Source of the DNA: the human T2T-CHM13v2.0 reference genome, Homo sapiens
Reading direction: 5' to 3' (one strand)
NCBI RefSeq assembly: GCF_009914755.1
Contig: NC_060935.1
Length of the DNA: 64,000 nt
Of this stretch, positions 52,034 to 64,000 are shown piece by piece (position 1 is the stretch's first letter; every line of letters starts with the position of its first letter). The notes beneath the pieces were generated by a model. That model searched no databases. It worked only from the letters and a program-made list of their open reading frames with translations, and had not been told where the DNA came from. The translations under genes were made by a program, and so were the position numbers.

Positions 52034-52740
52034 ACCCAGGGGTGAGAGCCTTTGGGACTGATCACACATGAAGGCACTCACACAGCACATGTGCACACAC
52101 ACTGATACCTCAACTTCCTGGCAGAGCCCAAGCTGGACAGGTCAAGTGTGACACAGGTAACCAGGGGAGGGGTGACACAGGTCAGCCTTGACTGCATTCA
52201 CTTGCCTGCTCCAGAAACATCACCCTGCACCCGACCCCACCGCCCCCAAGCAGTGGATGCTGGGGCCACTGGGGCAGCTGAGGGAGCAGGGATTCAGGTC
52301 TGGGGTGTGTGTGTGTGTGTTACATGACTTTGAAAGTCTCTTCCTGCTCTAACCGTCACTGGAGCCACAAGGAGGTCCTTTCAGAGGGAGCACATTCCAA
52401 CCTCCTCAGTCACTAACCCCCGCCTTGTGGCTGCAGAAACGTTCCTGGCCTCTGACCTCACCAGCTTCCACCCAGGGAGGCCAGGAGAGAACCCCAGGGG
52501 GCCACAGCCATCGCTGGAAGTTTGGGGGCAGGGAGGCCTGAGGGACCCTGCCACTGTGCCTTGGTGGCTCTGTAAGACTGGCTCAGTCCCTTCCCATCTC
52601 TGAGCCCCAGAGAATCCCTGCCTTTTGGGGCTGCAGTGAAGGAGAGGAGGCTTGGCACCCTGTGCATTCTCAGCATGGCCAGGGCATTGGAGGTGATATT
52701 TATGTTTATCAGTTTCTATTCACTCTTTAATTGAAGTCTA

Positions 52741-59309
<6,569 letters not shown>

Positions 59310-59854
59310 TCAGACACTCAGACTAGTCCTGGTGCTAAGGAGACAGTGCTGGGGGGAGGAGCCAGAGAGTGCCAGGGCCATTACTGGAGCCCCAAAAGGA
59401 AGAGTTCTTTCCACCTGTGGTGGGGGTGGGTAGGAGAAGACTTCCTGGCAGACGAGGATTTGGGAAAAATATTCATAAAAAGTGGGGCTCGCTTTCCCTC
59501 ACCAGCCACCCCTCCAGCCCAGGACTGTGGGGTGAACATCAAAGACACAGCTCCAGCCTGGCTGGGTCTCTAGTAGTTCAAGTGACTTCATTATGTGACT
59601 TCGGGTCAGTCTCTTTCCCTCTGGGAGCCTCAGTTTCCCCTTCCTGCAGATGAGTGGTTTACATACTGTGGACCCTGAAACTAGAGGTTTCCATGGAGAT
59701 GGCAGGGGCCGGGATGAGGTTTTGGGCCCCTCATCCTTGCTTCAGTAAGCATCACTCAGCAGGCAGGAGGGGATCTGGCAGTGGACGACTTGGGTTTGAA
59801 TTTCAGTTCAGCCACTTCCTGGCTGGGCAAGCTGGGCAATTCCCTAACTTCTCA

Positions 59855-60289
<435 letters not shown>

Positions 60290-60599
60290 TTAGTGAGAAT
60301 TTTCTTGCTGTTTTATTTTGTGCTTTACGGGCAATTTCCTCTGAAGGGAGATATCAGGGGCTCTGCTGTCAGTGCCCAGGATGGATTTGCCTGCTTAGCC
60401 TGGCCCCTTAAGTTTCTTGGAGTGGCTCCTGCTTCCTGCAGACCCAGGCTCAGACAGTTGGAGCCTGTCACCCAGTTCTCAGGCTCCCCCTAACTCCTCA
60501 GACCTGGGCCATACCCCGACCCAGTACCCCATGGGTGCCAGCTCCTGCTCTGGGCCAGGAGTGGGATGAAACGCCCGTCCTGGATGAAAGGCTGGCAGG

Positions 60600-60700
60600 C
60601 CTGGGCTGGGCCAATAAACCACCCCACCCATCCTGGGAGGACCTCCGGGCACCGGTGTAAACTGAGTCATGGGGGGTGAGGGGGTGAGTCACACAGCCTG
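60600..60700. promoter_or_regulatory. Candidate distal AP-1 enhancer
   Basis: Two perfect TGAGTCA at 60663-60669 and 60685-60691, CCAAT at 60611, in unique sequence. Confidence 0.55.
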
Positions 60701-62039
60701 GGAGTGGGAGCCAAATGGGACAGAGCTCGCCTGTGTGGGGTCCCTGGCCCCATCTCAAACAGCCACAACTCAGCCCACCTCCAACACCCATCAGGCCCCT
60801 GGCCCATGGCAGAGGTAAGTGGGGCCAGACCAGGTTCCCAGAGGGCAGGAGCCTGGAGGCTGGAGTCCCAGCACGCACGCATGTATCTGTGTGTGAGTTT
60901 GTGTCATGTGTTGTGAGGGGCGGGTGGCAGACCGGAAAGGGAGGCTCTGACTCGGGAGGAAAGGATGGATTGGGGTTTGGAAAAGAGTCAAAGCCCTGGA
61001 GAGATTTTGGCGGGAATGCTTCGCTGCCCTCTCCTGGCCTCTGAGGGTTGGGCTGATTTTCCTGCCTGAACCAGCTTTCTCCCTTTAGGGGAGGGAGGAA
61101 GAGGAACTGGGCCCTGGTGGGTGACCTCCCCGTCCTCTAGGGTCTACAGAGGGCAGACTCGGTCGGAGGAGGGAAGATCCCCAGAAGCCAATTTGGGCTT
61201 CGCCCCAGAAAGGTCTTTACCCTCGGGGCCAGAGCTGCTCAGGGACCAGGGACAGAGCTCCCTGGGACACGGGTGTGTACAAGGACTCTTGGGAGTTGTG
61301 GAGGTCCCCAGAGCATTTCTAGCCTTGACCTTGGCCAAGTTGCCAAGTTATTTAACCTCTTTCTGCCTCAGTTCCCTCATGAGTAAAAGGAGGAGGTCTG
61401 TGAGGACCATAATGAGTTAATGCAGCTGAACTGCTTAGGGTGTGCCTGGCACAGAGTAGGTCTGTATACAGGTTTGCTGTTTTTCTTTTTCTAGACAGGT
61501 TTGCCAGGCTGGAGTGCAGTAGCTGGATCATGGCTCACTGAAGCCTTGACCTCCCAGGCTCAAGCGACCCTCCTCCCTAATAGCCTCCTGAGTGCTGGGA
61601 GTATAGGAATGTGCCACCATACCTGGCTTTTTTTTTTTTTTTTTTTGGTAGAGATGGGGGTCTCATTGTGTTGCCCAGGCTGGTCTTGAACTCCTGGGCT
61701 GAAGCAATCCTTCCGCCTCGGCCTCCCAAATTGCTGTTACTATAAATATGAGCCACCATGCCCAGCCCATGTTTACTTTTACTATTTGAGCCTGTTTTCT
61801 TATCTATAAAATGGGTAAGAAAGGACCCCTGAGGGAGGTGGCCCTTGTACAGGTTTCTCTCTGGTCTCAGTCTCTGGTTTTATTCCCTGGGAAGTTGCCC
61901 CCTAAGCCCTGCCACCCTGCCTGACTCTATCTCCCTGGGATTTTTTCCCAGTAAGCAAAGGAAGATGGGGTTGGTGGGCTTCTCAGCTGGGTGTCCTCAG
62001 GTTTACCCCTAGGTGCCTGGGGGATGTGTGTCAGAGGAG

Positions 62040-62460
62040 TGGGGAGTTTCCCTCCTCAGATGAATCAGCTGTGTGACCTGATCCTCATCCCTGCCAGAGC
62101 CCCTCCCAGCCGGCAAGAGTGGGGCGCAGCTGCCCCACTGGGAAAATCCCCCAAATCCTGCCAAAGCTCTTGCTGAAGCGTTCTCTTGACTCAGCTGTTT
62201 TAGTCCTCTTTGAGTCTGCCCAAGTTCCAACAGGAGTCAAGTCGGGCAGATTCTCTCCTTCCCTGGACAGACCCTCTGGAGCCTCCTCCCTGGGGTCTGG
62301 GGTTTGCAGTATGTGGGAGTGGGAGGAAAAGGAGTTGGGGCTTTTTCCTGGCCTCAGTCACCCTTCCCCTGGTTTTATAAAAGGAGCAGAGCACAGGACT
62401 TGTCCAAGTTTGCCCAGCACCCCCTGGGCCAAAGGCACTTCCCTGCTCCAAGGTAGGAAC
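62040..62460 (+). promoter_or_regulatory. Candidate NF-kB/AP-1/TATA module
   Basis: GGGAGTTTCC 62042-62051, GGGATTTTCC (-) 62150-62141, TGACTCA 62187-62193, TATAAAAG 62376-62383. Confidence 0.45.
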
Positions 62461-62599
62461 AGGCCAGCCAAATAGGGCAGAACTCACTGCCAGCCTGAGG
62501 GGGTGGGTTTTGGGGGGCCATTGACCTGGCAGGGGGCCAGTTCCCACTGTAGACCTGGAGACCCTTCCTGCCCAGTAGGCTTCGTCATTGCACTCTCTA

Positions 62600-62896
<297 letters not shown>

Positions 62897-63530
62897 TTAG
62901 AAACCAGATGCTGAGTCCTGCAGGGTCTCATCTATCCTTGCAGCCCCCACCCCAACAGCACTTCGATAAAGTGGAGGTTCAACAGTGCATAAGGTGCCCT
63001 GGAGTTGGATGAACTGGGTTTGAATCTTGGCTCTGCCACTTACTTTCTTCATAACCTTGAGCCAATTATTGAACTTGTCTGGGTCTCAGTTTCCTCTTTT
63101 GCAAAATGGCAATAATAATAGAGCCAGGTGAAACTTAGATGAAATCATGTAGGTAAACGCTTAGCACCGTGCCTGGCTCTTGTCATGAATAGAATGAGGA
63201 AACTGAGGCCCAGAGAGAGAGTGGCTTTCATTCACTCACTCATTTATTCAAGAATGTTTGGCTGAGTGCAGGGGCTCATATTTGTAATTCCAGCACTTTG
63301 GGAGGCTGAGGTGGTAGGATCGCTTGCGCCCAGGAGTTCAAAGCTGCAGTGAGCCATGATCATGTCATCGCATTCCAGCCTGGGCAGCATAGCAAGACCC
63401 TATCTCAAAAAAGAGGCCGGCCGCGGTGGCTCACGCCTGTAATCCCAGCACTTTGGGAGGCCGAGGCGGGAGGATCATGAGGTCAGGAGATCGAGACCAT
63501 CCTGGCTAACACGGTGAAACCCCATCTCTA

Positions 63531-63830
<300 letters not shown>

Positions 63831-64000
63831 CTAGGGGACATGCCTGCAACACTTGGGGTGAGGAAGGATCCGGAAGCATCCTGAAGAATTACACCTGAGC
63901 CAGTGGGTCTGCAACGTGGCGCCAGCCAGGGAAGTGGGCGAGGGTAAGCTAAGCAGAGGCTACGGCACCAGCAAAGGCGTGAAAGTGAGAAAGGCCACCA

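Overview
Human (primate) genomic DNA, recognisable as the gene-dense 11q13.1 block. Order: SNX32 (+, 5' part missing), CFL1 (-), MUS81 (+), EFEMP2/fibulin-4 (-), CTSW (+), FIBP (-), CCDC85B (+, intronless), FOSL1/FRA1 (-), then about 14 kb of Alu/L1/MIR-rich sequence upstream of FOSL1. I spliced every gene by hand at GT-AG junctions. The complete CDSs add up to the expected lengths (CFL1 166, MUS81 551, EFEMP2 443, CTSW 376, FIBP 357/364, CCDC85B 202, FOSL1 271 aa). I see no new protein-coding gene, RNA gene, CRISPR array or foreign insert, and no evidence of an undescribed biological system; the other long ORFs are CpG-island or Alu/L1 artefacts. The best leads are non-coding. (1) A module between CFL1 and MUS81 has a near copy of the c-FOS SRE, a second CArG box and an exact 19-bp duplicate of a double-CCAAT element from the CFL1 promoter. 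(2) A cryptic ~21-bp minisatellite with a 108-bp higher-order period lies upstream of EFEMP2. (3) Two abutting, inverted CTCF-like motifs sit in FIBP intron 7. (4) An orphan NF-kB/AP-1/TATA/p53-like module followed by a splice donor lies at ~62 kb. (5) FOSL1 carries a p53-like element, miR-34 sites and all-phase-0 exons. All motif-based functional claims are hypotheses.
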